A stretch of 64,000 nt of DNA from Cytophagales bacterium (GCA_033765235.1 JANRIG010000019.1:143313-207312), one strand, 5' to 3'; counted from the first letter of the stretch, positions 38,001 to 46,477 are shown. The notes: generated by a model not told the origin, from the letters alone. Made by a program: numbers and translations.

Positions 38001-38272
38001 GCAGTACCTATGAATTTTATCAATCGCTCACGCATGGCTATGCGTCCCGCATCTGTATAGGTAAGGCATAGTATATTTTGCGGAGCTATATCAGTTTCTA
38101 TGAGTATATTGGCAATACGTAGTGCCAGTATTTGGGTTTTGCCGGTGCCGGGTCCTGCCAGCACCATCACAGGTCCATCTATGCTGCGTATGGCAGCTTG
38201 CTGGTGTATATTGCAATCTGCAACAGCTTCTGCAAATGTTTTTATAAAGTCATCTACGGGGATTTTCATCAT
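35009..38272 (-). CDS. UvrD/PcrA-type helicase fused to C-terminal Cas4/AddB-like PD-(D/E)xK nuclease with Cys cluster
   Basis: VLAGPGTGKT (Walker A), ILADEFQDTN and YVAMTRAK. The C-terminus has KCPLKFYYE ... VDYKTGK ... CGKEDCTWCNF, a Cys cluster resembling the iron-sulfur motif of that nuclease type. Confidence 0.8.
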   Translation of the reverse strand: MMKIPVDDFIKTFAEAVADCNIHQQAAIRSIDGPVMVLAGPGTGKTQILALRIANILIETDIAPQNILCLTYTDAGRIAMRERLIKFIGTAAYDVEIHTFHSFSNKVIQENNYYFANNYNTQPASDLDITEIIIEIIEKLTIDDPLKKYTGDIYSSMTSLKSLFSDIKTENYHPHTLLTQCDKYLAELPNFKAFHYAPNYHKKDEHGMRLGGRPNQNNILKETERIIKLKSAILKYNEYQELLKKYNRYDFNDMLRNVINAFENHEQLLSRYQQQYQYILADEFQDTNGAQSHLLYLLAKHWHDNPDLFVVGDDDQCIYSFQGAENTRMVAFVEQYLKHLKCIVLTQNYRSVQPILDAASAVIVHDTDDRLIHNKDLKELFKKHNFEINKTLAANVLKTHDEPTPTFIEYLNQWHETAHILEQIQEAKRQGTNLSTIAVIYHNHADAHALMTLCDMHQLPYNSRMKTDILEHNLIKKIILLLKYIDAETKLQKHDDILFELMFFEVFGIPTQEILLMARYAAEHKIQLREVMNNHILHLKIGLTCSGKIQKFINTSERLTSKKMNTTVEVLFEEMLQQTGIYAYALLPQYIAEWVPILTVFFDFIKSEAKRNPRYTVTKLLDTLDKMQTHGIMIPFEKILQTPHGLHFITAHSAKGLEFDTVYMIRCNAATWEDKQNRANSFNLFPIYHAHITDEILDTNKDNQKDNKIAENRRLFYVAMTRAKQKLNISWLQQKTGESTSKNTLQRSKYVTEALTTKAPVHTIAMPDDKVLAVAASQLTTYKPTVEQLNSLYIKNILKDYKLSVTNMSKYLKCPLKFYYEAIIKVPSAKNAGTAFGRAVHLTLEKYFVQMLKDKNNEFGNTASFIALFDQAMHQEHEGFNEKEYYRYSEYGHLILPEYLAARRENWNKNVYTEYRIHQTEYHGVPITGVIDKIELLSNNTVNVVDYKTGKSDHDHLKKKFQRPKPDASIDSDHQDIHGGDYYRQLVFYKILIDEDKKLNRKMVHGEMDFIEKNKDGNIVKHGMEITKEDIDIVTAQILETYKNIMEMNFYTGCGKEDCTWCNFVKDNGIDISLNTSNVPLDDVHEE

Positions 38273-38367
38273 ATTAATGGCTTACATGTGGCATGTGGAT
38301 ATATTTTTGGGCAAGCTATGGCATATTTATATATCTTTATACACAATTCATTTATCTAATATTAAAT

Positions 38368-39552
38368 ATGGAAGGTCTTAATATCATTACATGTCCTAAG
38401 TGCAAACACCAATTTAATGCCGAAAAAGCATTGACCGACGAGGTAGAGCTCAGGTTGCGCACAGAGTATAACCAAAGATATAAAGGTGAAGTTGCCAAAA
38501 AAGAAGCAGAAATGCAACTTAGGTTGCAAGAATCTCAAAAAGAACTGGCTGATAAACAAAAAGAAACCGAAAAATTGCTCAAAGACAAAATAAAACAAGA
38601 TTTTGAGTTGGAGCTAAAATCTCAAAAAGAGGAGCTTGAGCAGCGCAAAAACGAAATATATGCGCTCAAAACCAAAGAGATAGAGCTCATGAAAAAAGAG
38701 CAGGCACTCACTGAGCAGTCTAGATTAGCAGCCATAGAGTTTGACAAAAAAATGCTCGAAGAAAGTAAAAAGCTGGAAGAAAATATAAGAAAGAAGATAG
38801 AAGAGCAATCTGTGCTTGCTCTCAAAGAAAAAGATATACTGATAGAGCAGCTAAAAAAACACATGGATGAGATGAACAAAAAAGCCGGTCAAGGCTCCAT
38901 GCAGCTGCAAGGCGAAGCTCAAGAGATGGTGCTGAAAGATATATTAAAAAGCGCATTCCCACTGGATATGATAAGTGACGTGGCTGTGGGGGTAAAAGGT
39001 GCAGACCTGGTGCAGCATGTAAAAAATAATATGGGCAAAGATTGCGGCACTATAGTGTATGAAAGCAAGCGTACTAAGCACTTTGCAGCAGAATGGATTG
39101 ATAAATTAAAAAATGACTTGCGTGCCCAAAAAGCCAATGTAGCCCTGTTGGTGACCGAGACTATGCCCAAAGATATGGAAAAATTTGGCGAAAAAGACGG
39201 TGTATGGATATGTACTTTTGCAGAAGTAGTAGCACTTGCTACCGTGCTAAGGCACTCACTAATAGACATATATGAGGTGCGTATGTCGCAAGATAATAAA
39301 GGTGAAAAGATGCATATGTTGTATGACTTTCTTACGGGTACAGAGTTCAAATCACATATTGAGGCTATAGCTGAGGGCTTCATAGCCATGCAGCAAAGTT
39401 TGCAAAAAGAGAAATTGATAGCACAAAAAAACTGGGCAGAGCGCGAAAAAATGACAGAAAAGGTATTAGTAAATATGATGAATATGTATGGTGGTATCAA
39501 AGGTATAGCAGGCAATGCGGTGCCTGAGCTTAAGCTATTGGAAGCGGAATAG
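38368..39552 (+). CDS. DUF2130-like protein (zinc-ribbon, long coiled-coil, C-terminal nuclease-like domain)
   Basis: ITCPKCKHQFNAEKAL, then about 180 aa of charged coiled-coil, then GADLVQHV...IVYESKRTK (a D...ExK-like motif). I prefer ATG 38368. Confidence 0.6.
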   Translation: MEGLNIITCPKCKHQFNAEKALTDEVELRLRTEYNQRYKGEVAKKEAEMQLRLQESQKELADKQKETEKLLKDKIKQDFELELKSQKEELEQRKNEIYALKTKEIELMKKEQALTEQSRLAAIEFDKKMLEESKKLEENIRKKIEEQSVLALKEKDILIEQLKKHMDEMNKKAGQGSMQLQGEAQEMVLKDILKSAFPLDMISDVAVGVKGADLVQHVKNNMGKDCGTIVYESKRTKHFAAEWIDKLKNDLRAQKANVALLVTETMPKDMEKFGEKDGVWICTFAEVVALATVLRHSLIDIYEVRMSQDNKGEKMHMLYDFLTGTEFKSHIEAIAEGFIAMQQSLQKEKLIAQKNWAEREKMTEKVLVNMMNMYGGIKGIAGNAVPELKLLEAE

Positions 39553-39562
39553 AATTATAGTA

Positions 39563-39632
39563 TGGATTGCGCTCCTGAGCGAAAAATAGCCTTGTATATA
39601 TCCGAGTTTACTTCTATATTTGTGCATGGAGT
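39563..39632 (+). repeat. Cassette-flanking repeat, copy C (P module fused to the XRE gene start)
   Basis: GATTGCGCTCCTGAGCGAAAAATAGCCTTGTATATATCCGAGTTTACTTCTATATTTGTGCATGGAGT. It contains CTTG, a 20-nt spacer, then TATATTTG (39615-39622), 3 nt before the ATG. Confidence 0.75.
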
Positions 39633-39949
39633 TTAAAGAAATAAAAACCTATTCGATTGCCGAAATGAAATACAAGTATATTGGCAAAGTTGGGACTACT
39701 TACCGTGATGAGTATGAATATGAACTGCGCATGGACGTGTTGGGCAAAATGATTAAATCTGCAAGATAAGAACGCCATCTGACACAGGAAGAGCTTGGCA
39801 AACTTGTAGGTGTACAAAAAGCTCAAATTTATAAACTTGAAAGCAGTGCCAACAGTGCAACAATTGACTCGGTTTTGAAAGTTTTCAAAGCATTAAAAGC
39901 GGAGATTAATTTTAACGTAAAACTTGAAAAAAATTTTTTATTAAAATAG
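39626..39949 (+). pseudogene. XRE-family HTH (antitoxin-like) gene interrupted by an in-frame TAA
   Basis: My own translation gives MEFKEIKTYSIAEMKYKYIGKVGTTYRDEYEYELRMDVLGKMIKSAR, then a stop at 39767-39769, then ERHLTQEELGKLVGVQKAQIYKLESSANSATIDSVLKVFKALKAEINFNVKL.... The HTH lies after the stop. Confidence 0.7.
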
Positions 39950-40019
39950 CATAAAAAAATAAACTTACCAACACCCCATTAAAAATCATATTTTTGAAAA
40001 CGATAAGATAACAATTATA

Positions 40020-40484
40020 GTGAAGCAAAGAATTTACATCGATACATCTGTTTTCGGAGGACACTTTGACGAAGAGTTCAAGGAACATACTATTCCGCTT
40101 TTTGAAAGAATAAAATCTGGAGAATTTATAATACTATACTCGACAGTTACACAAAACGAACTTGAAAATGCACCTGAGAAAGTAAAAGAGCTTGTAAAAA
40201 GCCTAAGAGCCGACTTGACTGAATTTATCGAAACAACAGATGAAGCGGTTGACTTGGCGACTGATTACATTGCAGAAAAAGTAGTAGGAAAAACAAGTTA
40301 TGCCGACTGCATACACATTGCATTGGCGACCATTAATCGGGCAGACTTTTTAGTGAGTTGGAACTTCAAACATATTGTAAACATTGAAAGAATAAGGGGT
40401 TATAATTCAATCAATATTAAAAACGGATACAAACAATTAGAAATACGTTCACCAAGAGAATTTGAAAAATATGAAAACGACTGA
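40020..40484 (+). CDS. PIN-domain-like protein (VapC-like toxin candidate)
   Basis: GTG start. IYIDTSVF is an N-terminal acidic PIN block. It also has NELEN, YADCIHIALA and SWNFKHI. 154 aa. Confidence 0.5.
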   Translation: MKQRIYIDTSVFGGHFDEEFKEHTIPLFERIKSGEFIILYSTVTQNELENAPEKVKELVKSLRADLTEFIETTDEAVDLATDYIAEKVVGKTSYADCIHIALATINRADFLVSWNFKHIVNIERIRGYNSINIKNGYKQLEIRSPREFEKYEND

Positions 40485-40623
40485 AAAAACATTTGACGCT
40501 GTAAAATTTATGCGTCATGAGAGAGACAAATTAAGTGATAAATTGTCCAAAATGACAAAAACTGAAATTTTAGAATATTTCAAAAATAGTAAAAGGGAGG
40601 TTACAATTAAGCCCTGTGCATAA
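40471..40623 (+). CDS. small 50-aa protein overlapping the PIN gene end (partner/antitoxin candidate; below ORF-track cut-off)
   Basis: My own translation gives MKTTEKTFDAVKFMRHERDKLSDKLSKMTKTEILEYFKNSKREVTIKPCA. It overlaps the PIN gene by 14 nt. Confidence 0.45.
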   Translation: MKTTEKTFDAVKFMRHERDKLSDKLSKMTKTEILEYFKNSKREVTIKPCA

Positions 40624-40771
40624 CATGGTATTTATGAATGAAGGGGTGTAGTTTATTAGGTAGTAGTTTTGCGCTCATGTATAAAAAATAGCCTTGTATA
40701 TATCCGTATTTACTTCTATATTTGTACATAGAGTCTCTTTTGTCACCCACATCGCCAAACCCCAAACCGTT
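40611..40771 (+). repeat. Cassette-flanking repeat, copy D (T module 40611-40640 plus full 109-bp P module 40663-40771)
   Basis: GCCCTGTGCATAACATGGTATTTATGAATG ... GTAGTTTTGCGCTCATGTATAAAAAATAGCCTTGTATATATCCGTATTTACTTCTATATTTGTACATAGAGTCTCTTTTGTCACCCACATCGCCAAACCCCAAACCGTT. Confidence 0.75.
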
Positions 40772-40790
40772 CCTGCTTATAAAATAACTT

Positions 40791-41354
40791 ATGAAAAAAA
40801 TTCTATTGATTATTATAACATATAGTTTGATAAATTTTTCTTATGCTCAAGAAAGCCAACCTAATAATGGCATGGGATTTGGTTTTCAAATTTGCCAATA
40901 TCAAAAAGACTTTGGACTTGGATTGAATTTGATGAGTCCTAGTTTTTTTTATAATAGAATATCAGTAAGAGTAAGGAGCAATTTGGTTTTTAATGAAAGA
41001 GTGGTAGGTATTATTCCTATAAACTCACCTGTGTATGAGGAAACAGTGTGGACACCATACGCAAACATTTCACTCGGTATGGTAGGTATTACAGGATTTA
41101 TACACGACAAAATCAGGCTATATTCAGAAGGTGGACTTATTGCTATCATACCATCAAAATTAATAACCTCAAAAGATGTCATTATTGGCGGTTATGGATT
41201 ATTCGGCGTTGAATTTTTTATGGATAACTTAACCAACTATTTTATTGAAATAGGTGCTGTGGGCACTGGTGCTGTCGCTGATATGGTAATCAGAAGACCC
41301 ATTTATTCAAATGGTCTGTTGATAAATACCGGCTTCAGATTTCAGCTGAAATAA
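40791..41354 (+). CDS. hypothetical outer-membrane beta-barrel-like protein
   Basis: Signal peptide MKKILLIIITYSLINFSYAQ, Gly-rich alternating strands, C-terminal ...GFRFQLK. Confidence 0.5.
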   Translation: MKKILLIIITYSLINFSYAQESQPNNGMGFGFQICQYQKDFGLGLNLMSPSFFYNRISVRVRSNLVFNERVVGIIPINSPVYEETVWTPYANISLGMVGITGFIHDKIRLYSEGGLIAIIPSKLITSKDVIIGGYGLFGVEFFMDNLTNYFIEIGAVGTGAVADMVIRRPIYSNGLLINTGFRFQLK

Positions 41355-41571
41355 GTTATTGGGTTAATTTTCGGTTTTTTTTTCTGTGTTTTCGGGAGTT
41401 CTCGTCCATTTCATTCAAAAATTTGCATTAAATAATCACTATTTTCTAAAAAAAAATTTATCATCAGCGATATGGCTATGCTACAAAGCATATTTTTTGT
41501 TAATTGCACAGTATCATCATAATTTTCGTAAGCATTGATAATATTTTAAATATTCATAAACGTATACCATC

Positions 41572-42600
41572 ATGAAATATAAACTACTTGGCTCAAGCGG
41601 CTTAAGAGTGTCTGAAATATGCCTTGGCACTATGACATTTGGCACCGAATGGGGCTATGGCGCAGACAAAAACATAAGCAAAGAAATATTTGACTATTAT
41701 CTGTCACAAGGTGGCAACTTCATAGATACTGCCAATAGATATACCGAGGGCACCTCTGAAATTTATCTGGGCGAATTTGTAAAACAATCGGGTGTTAGAG
41801 ACCAATTAGTAATAGCTACAAAATACTCATTGGTCACACAGTTTGGCAAGATAAACGATGGGGGCAACCACCGCAAAAACTTAGTACAATCTGTAGAAGG
41901 CAGTCTCAAAAGATTGCAACTTGACTATATAGACCTGCTATACCTCCATGCATGGGACTTTACAACACCATACGATGAACTGATGCGCGCACTCGACAAC
42001 TTAGTGAGTGCCGGCAAAGTGTTATATATAGGCATATCAGACACTCCTGCATGGATTGTGGCATCTTGCAATACCATTGCCCGGCTTAGAGGTTGGTCAA
42101 GATTTATAGCGTTGCAAATTGAGTACAGCCTCATCACCCGCGATGCAGAGCGCGACCTTATACCTATGGCTTTGCATGAAGGGCTTGGTGTAGTAGCTTG
42201 GGCACCACTGGCCGGAGGAGCACTCACAGGCAAATATCTGAACTTACAAAATAATGACCCTAAGCGCCTCAAAGAAGGCAGCAAACGTATAAACGAGCGC
42301 AATACACTCATAGCCAAGGCAGTGACAGATATGGCAAATGACACAGGCTACGCTGCAGCACACATAGCACTGGCATGGATTATGCAAAAAGGCAAAGCAT
42401 TTTTTCCATTGGTGGGCGCACGCAATGTAGCTCAAATACAAGACAATATTCGAGCTTCTGAAATAATACTTTCAGAGAGTCAAATAAAAATATTAGATGA
42501 GGTAAGTGGTATAGAACTGGGCTTTCCGCATGATTTTCTAAAAAGCGATGCCGTAAAAAATGTACTCTTTGGCGGATTGAAAGATAATATCAATTTGTAA
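41572..42600 (+). CDS. Aldo/keto reductase
   Basis: LGSSGLRVSEICLGTMTFG, IDTANRYTEG, DLLYLHAWD and PLVGAR. Confidence 0.85.
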   Translation: MKYKLLGSSGLRVSEICLGTMTFGTEWGYGADKNISKEIFDYYLSQGGNFIDTANRYTEGTSEIYLGEFVKQSGVRDQLVIATKYSLVTQFGKINDGGNHRKNLVQSVEGSLKRLQLDYIDLLYLHAWDFTTPYDELMRALDNLVSAGKVLYIGISDTPAWIVASCNTIARLRGWSRFIALQIEYSLITRDAERDLIPMALHEGLGVVAWAPLAGGALTGKYLNLQNNDPKRLKEGSKRINERNTLIAKAVTDMANDTGYAAAHIALAWIMQKGKAFFPLVGARNVAQIQDNIRASEIILSESQIKILDEVSGIELGFPHDFLKSDAVKNVLFGGLKDNINL

Positions 42601-42601
42601 A

Positions 42602-43999
42602 TCAAAATGGCAATATCCAACTTTTGGGTTGCCAACTATCTTGTTTTTTTGCAAGATTTATGGTAGTATCTATATACAATCTGCTCGGTCTCCCATTTAG
42701 TGTTACATATGCATGGCAATTTACCAACGGGTCATTTACCCCTTTTGCACGGTAATATTTATGCAAATAATGTGCAAACTGCAATATCATATCCGGCTGA
42801 AAAGCCATTTGTTTTTCTTGATGTGCATTCAAAAAATCTGAGTTTACTACTTCTCCTCTTTTTCCAGTTTGTGAATCTGTAACATAAAATGCTACCGTAC
42901 CCGCCTTTTCCATGAGCATTACCCGCCATGCAAATCTGTAACCTTCTTCCGTCCAAAATATATTGCCGGGATACAACAAATACCTCATAGGCAATAGCAA
43001 CTGAAATATTACATAAATGCCTATTAAATAAGCGAATAATTTATGATGATGCCCCATTGTAGGTGCGTAGTATTTTGTCAATGCAGGTGCGTGGTAATTA
43101 CATATTTTGCCTAATGTATTTATTACATTTTTATGAATATTATTATCAAAAAATATAAGTGTACATGCGCTCATTACCAACGGGAATACACCTATCTGAA
43201 ACAAATATCCTGTAATAATATGGAACATACACAACACTACCCATGCCCACACCGTAGTATGTCTGTATATTAATAAATATGAAATAAATATGTCAAACAA
43301 CATGCCAACCCAACTAAATAAGTAGGCGGTAATCTTATAGTCGAATGTAAAACCTATGACAGGCATATAGTTTTTGGCCGGCAGCCATATACTGAGTGGC
43401 ATCGCATTCAGCAGCCAGTCAGTGTTTATCTTTGCTATACCTGCAAAAAAATATACAATACACAGGTGAAATTTTAGAATATTAATAGTCCATGCAGAGG
43501 TGTAGGTGATTATTATTTTTCTGTTACATACACTGTCAATAGACAAGTACCTGTGTGCAGGCACAAATATCATCCAAAAAGATATAATGCTCACAAAGTA
43601 ATAATGATTGAGATAGTAGGTGACGTCTATGAGCTCTACATAAGTGAATGATATAAAAAATATGAATGCAGATATTTTGTAAAATGCACCTAATATAATA
43701 TTTACACTACATAATAGCATAATGGTGAACGGAATATACATGAGCATGCCCGGCAATGGCTTTGCCCAATCCAATCCATAATATGTAAAATGTAATATAG
43801 GTGTAATGTATTGCTCCTCTACCCATCCTAAAAGTAAAAAACGAAGGGTAGATATCAAGGTGACTAACCCAAATAATATTCTAAATGTAATAAGTGGGTA
43901 TATGGGTATTTGCTTATGCACAAATCCATACCATTTGTCATCAATCGCCATCGCCGGATGAGTAGGTAATAGAAATGCCCAATTTTGAGGAAAGTTCAC
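42602..43999 (-). CDS. HTTM-domain (vitamin K-dependent gamma-carboxylase-like) membrane protein
   Basis: 465 aa and polytopic. The N-terminal FRILFGLVTLISTLRF is an HTTM-like block. The start is uncertain (43999 or 43951). Confidence 0.6.
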   Translation of the reverse strand: MNFPQNWAFLLPTHPAMAIDDKWYGFVHKQIPIYPLITFRILFGLVTLISTLRFLLLGWVEEQYITPILHFTYYGLDWAKPLPGMLMYIPFTIMLLCSVNIILGAFYKISAFIFFISFTYVELIDVTYYLNHYYFVSIISFWMIFVPAHRYLSIDSVCNRKIIITYTSAWTINILKFHLCIVYFFAGIAKINTDWLLNAMPLSIWLPAKNYMPVIGFTFDYKITAYLFSWVGMLFDIFISYLLIYRHTTVWAWVVLCMFHIITGYLFQIGVFPLVMSACTLIFFDNNIHKNVINTLGKICNYHAPALTKYYAPTMGHHHKLFAYLIGIYVIFQLLLPMRYLLYPGNIFWTEEGYRFAWRVMLMEKAGTVAFYVTDSQTGKRGEVVNSDFLNAHQEKQMAFQPDMILQFAHYLHKYYRAKGVNDPLVNCHAYVTLNGRPSRLYIDTTINLAKKQDSWQPKSWILPF

Positions 44000-45038
44000 T
44001 TTTAATATATCGGGTAAGTTTGGCAGACTCGGTATATAATATTTCTAAATCAGGGTTTTTTTCTACTATTAAGTCACTCAACTTTTTATCATCAGGTATT
44101 TTTTGCAGGATATTTTTTACCACTTCAAATTGTGCTTTGGTATCATTGATGAGTGATGTGCCACCTTCCACATTTGCCAAATAATCATCAAAGCCCGTAC
44201 CGTTGGTATGGGTAGAGGTATTGCCGTACCATCTGTTTTCTACATGTATATAGTGTGCCTTGAGCAGTTTCACAGATAGTCCGCTGTAGTAGGCCTCCAC
44301 ATCCTGAGGCTCTGCTTTGGTCTGGCCTGCTCGCTTGCCCATAGGGTATTGTATTTTATAATTTTTGAGTTTTTCATAGTCTGCTATGTTTTCATTGAAC
44401 AAATAGCTTATAGACGATGAAGCATCAGTGCCATCATTTGCAATGAATGTGGCTTGATATGTTTTCCATTCTCTGCATTGCTTTTGTACAAGTGCCTTCA
44501 TATGGTATGCTACAGCATTGATATACTGCAAGTTTTTAGGATTAATGAAAGCCACAGCAAAATCTATCCCATCATATTGGTAAATAAGGTATTCCAAGGC
44601 ATATATACCTCTGCTGTCGCGCTTAAAGTTTTTGGTGAATGCAGTATCAGATTTGTTAATATTATCGCCTATGAGTGTGGTATTCACGGGGTACCAACCA
44701 ATATTTTCAGAAAATAGGCCTATATTGGTTTCGCCGGGTCCAAAGTTGAGCCAACTTGTGCTTTGGTATGCTGTAAGTGCCTCCGCCAATGCATTTTTAA
44801 GTGAGATATGGTTGGCGGTATTTAAGTTGTTTGTAAATATAAGTGTGCATTCATATAATTTGTCAGTTTTGTTTTGCAAATCATCCAAAGCGGGTATGAT
44901 TAATGTGTCTGCATAGTTTTTGAGCATTTTTGCTCTTGAAAAAGTCACATTAGTATTCATATTTTGCACTCTATCCGGTGCACATGCCCAAAATATTAGG
45001 ATAAAATAAACCCCAAAGACTTTATGATATAAATTCAT
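43941..45038 (-). CDS. Imelysin-like (peptidase M75 family) lipoprotein
   Basis: 365 aa with a signal peptide ending in Cys. Position and size match the DUF4856-imelysin-HTTM cluster common in Bacteroidota. Confidence 0.55.
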   Translation of the reverse strand: MNLYHKVFGVYFILIFWACAPDRVQNMNTNVTFSRAKMLKNYADTLIIPALDDLQNKTDKLYECTLIFTNNLNTANHISLKNALAEALTAYQSTSWLNFGPGETNIGLFSENIGWYPVNTTLIGDNINKSDTAFTKNFKRDSRGIYALEYLIYQYDGIDFAVAFINPKNLQYINAVAYHMKALVQKQCREWKTYQATFIANDGTDASSSISYLFNENIADYEKLKNYKIQYPMGKRAGQTKAEPQDVEAYYSGLSVKLLKAHYIHVENRWYGNTSTHTNGTGFDDYLANVEGGTSLINDTKAQFEVVKNILQKIPDDKKLSDLIVEKNPDLEILYTESAKLTRYIKSELSSKLGISITYSSGDGD

Positions 45039-45128
45039 AATTATTGATTAATATTAATGTATGCTCGCACTTCATTGCAGAAGTACAAACATACATAATA
45101 AACATACTCACATTTTATACTTTATCTT

Positions 45129-46295
45129 TTATCTCTTTTGCTCATTTACCCAGTTTTTGGCAAAATCAGTCATTTCTGCATCGCTAAATCCGTATATGGC
45201 TTTGAGCTTGTCTTGCACCGTTTGCAGATTGGGTGTATATATGGCAGGCTCGGTTATGAATTTGTATGAACTTGCATTGCCCGATATAGGGGCAAGCAGG
45301 AGTGTAAGTATCTCATCTATTTGTGCATCTGTTATTTTTTTATGTTCTTGGCTCACTCCTCTCCAGCCTGTCATGAACCCTACTGCCTCACCATAAGCAT
45401 GCAATGCAGATGCTTTGTCGGCATCTGATGGCGAGGTTTTTGAGAATTTGGCTTTGGAGTCTATGCAATAGTTGATAACTGTGGCTGCCGATATTTTTTC
45501 ATATGACAGTTTATAAGCACTAAGTGCTGCACTGAGGGTGTCTTTGTATTTATCACCTGCATTGGCTGCGGCTTGCGCTTTGGTAAGATTATATTTTATT
45601 TGGCTGTACAATCCTTTACCGTCGCTTTTGTCTCTTCGTGAGCCGTATGCTGCCATATATACATCAGGAGTAGTGCTGCCCACATGTGTGCCGCCACCCG
45701 ATGCCGGAGCCCCCACAGTTTTGTCTGTATTGGGAAATTTGGTATTGAGCCCTGATATTGCCACTATCTGGTGTACAGTAGTAGTAGTTACTACGCCTGT
45801 GAGCCCTGATATAGCATGGTTGTATAGTGCTGCAGTAAACAATCCTTTTTCTACAAGTTGCTCATACTCAAGTCCATATTCATCAAATAAATAGCCGCCA
45901 TACACTCCCCCATTACCACTGATGGTGGCAGATGGCGTATATAAAGTGCCTGAGGCATCACTCAAGTTTTTGAGGTAGTCTTGTATTTTGCTGTCATAGT
46001 AGGTATTGGTCACAGTTTTCAGCGATGTACTACCCGAAGTGTATAGTGATTGCAATACACCAAGGTTCACGCCTGTACCTGTAATTCTTCCTTTTTTGGC
46101 TTCATCTACTAATTTTTTGAGTGCATTACGTACAGCGTATTGGGTAGTAGTAGCAGCAACATACCCGGTACTGTCATACGTAGATACTACAAGAGCAGGA
46201 GTGGTGGTCGAAGTATTGGGTGCCAGTTCCTCTTTTTTTCCGCACGATGCCAGTAAAGTGCTCATTGCCAAAGTGGTATATATTATTTTTTTCAT
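45129..46295 (-). CDS. DUF4856-like lipoprotein
   Basis: Lipobox LLASCGKKEE. 388 aa. First gene of the imelysin/HTTM cluster. Confidence 0.55.
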   Translation of the reverse strand: MKKIIYTTLAMSTLLASCGKKEELAPNTSTTTPALVVSTYDSTGYVAATTTQYAVRNALKKLVDEAKKGRITGTGVNLGVLQSLYTSGSTSLKTVTNTYYDSKIQDYLKNLSDASGTLYTPSATISGNGGVYGGYLFDEYGLEYEQLVEKGLFTAALYNHAISGLTGVVTTTTVHQIVAISGLNTKFPNTDKTVGAPASGGGTHVGSTTPDVYMAAYGSRRDKSDGKGLYSQIKYNLTKAQAAANAGDKYKDTLSAALSAYKLSYEKISAATVINYCIDSKAKFSKTSPSDADKASALHAYGEAVGFMTGWRGVSQEHKKITDAQIDEILTLLLAPISGNASSYKFITEPAIYTPNLQTVQDKLKAIYGFSDAEMTDFAKNWVNEQKR

Positions 46296-46477
46296 ATTTT
46301 TTATTTAGATTGGTTATAAACTGTGCAAATGTATATTTTAATTTAGAATTAATAAAAATAAATATTCAAATATTTTTTATGGGAAGCATGAAATATTTTT
46401 TACTGTTTAATAAAATGAGCATTTCATAGATGTTAGCACACAAATAATATTTATAAAATTGTTAAATAGTATTTTAC

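Noticed and set aside
38293-38367. 25-codon N-terminal extension of the DUF2130-like ORF given by the track
   Set aside because: The extension is hydrophobic junk that overlaps the divergent promoter region. ATG 38368 gives the typical zinc-ribbon N-terminus MEGLNIITCPKC.
39767-39769. Stop-codon reassignment (TAA read as sense) to rescue the XRE gene
   Set aside because: Many well-supported genes in the window (for example hisA, rpmF and groEL) terminate at TAA at the expected position.
32344-40771. Integron attC sites / cassette array interpretation of the P and T repeats
   Set aside because: There are no RYYYAAC ... GTTRRRY inverted core pairs (GCATAAC / GTTATGT fit poorly). There is no imperfect-palindrome attC structure and no integron integrase in the window. 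The copies are also at separate loci rather than in an array. I kept the observation as an unclassified repeat family instead.
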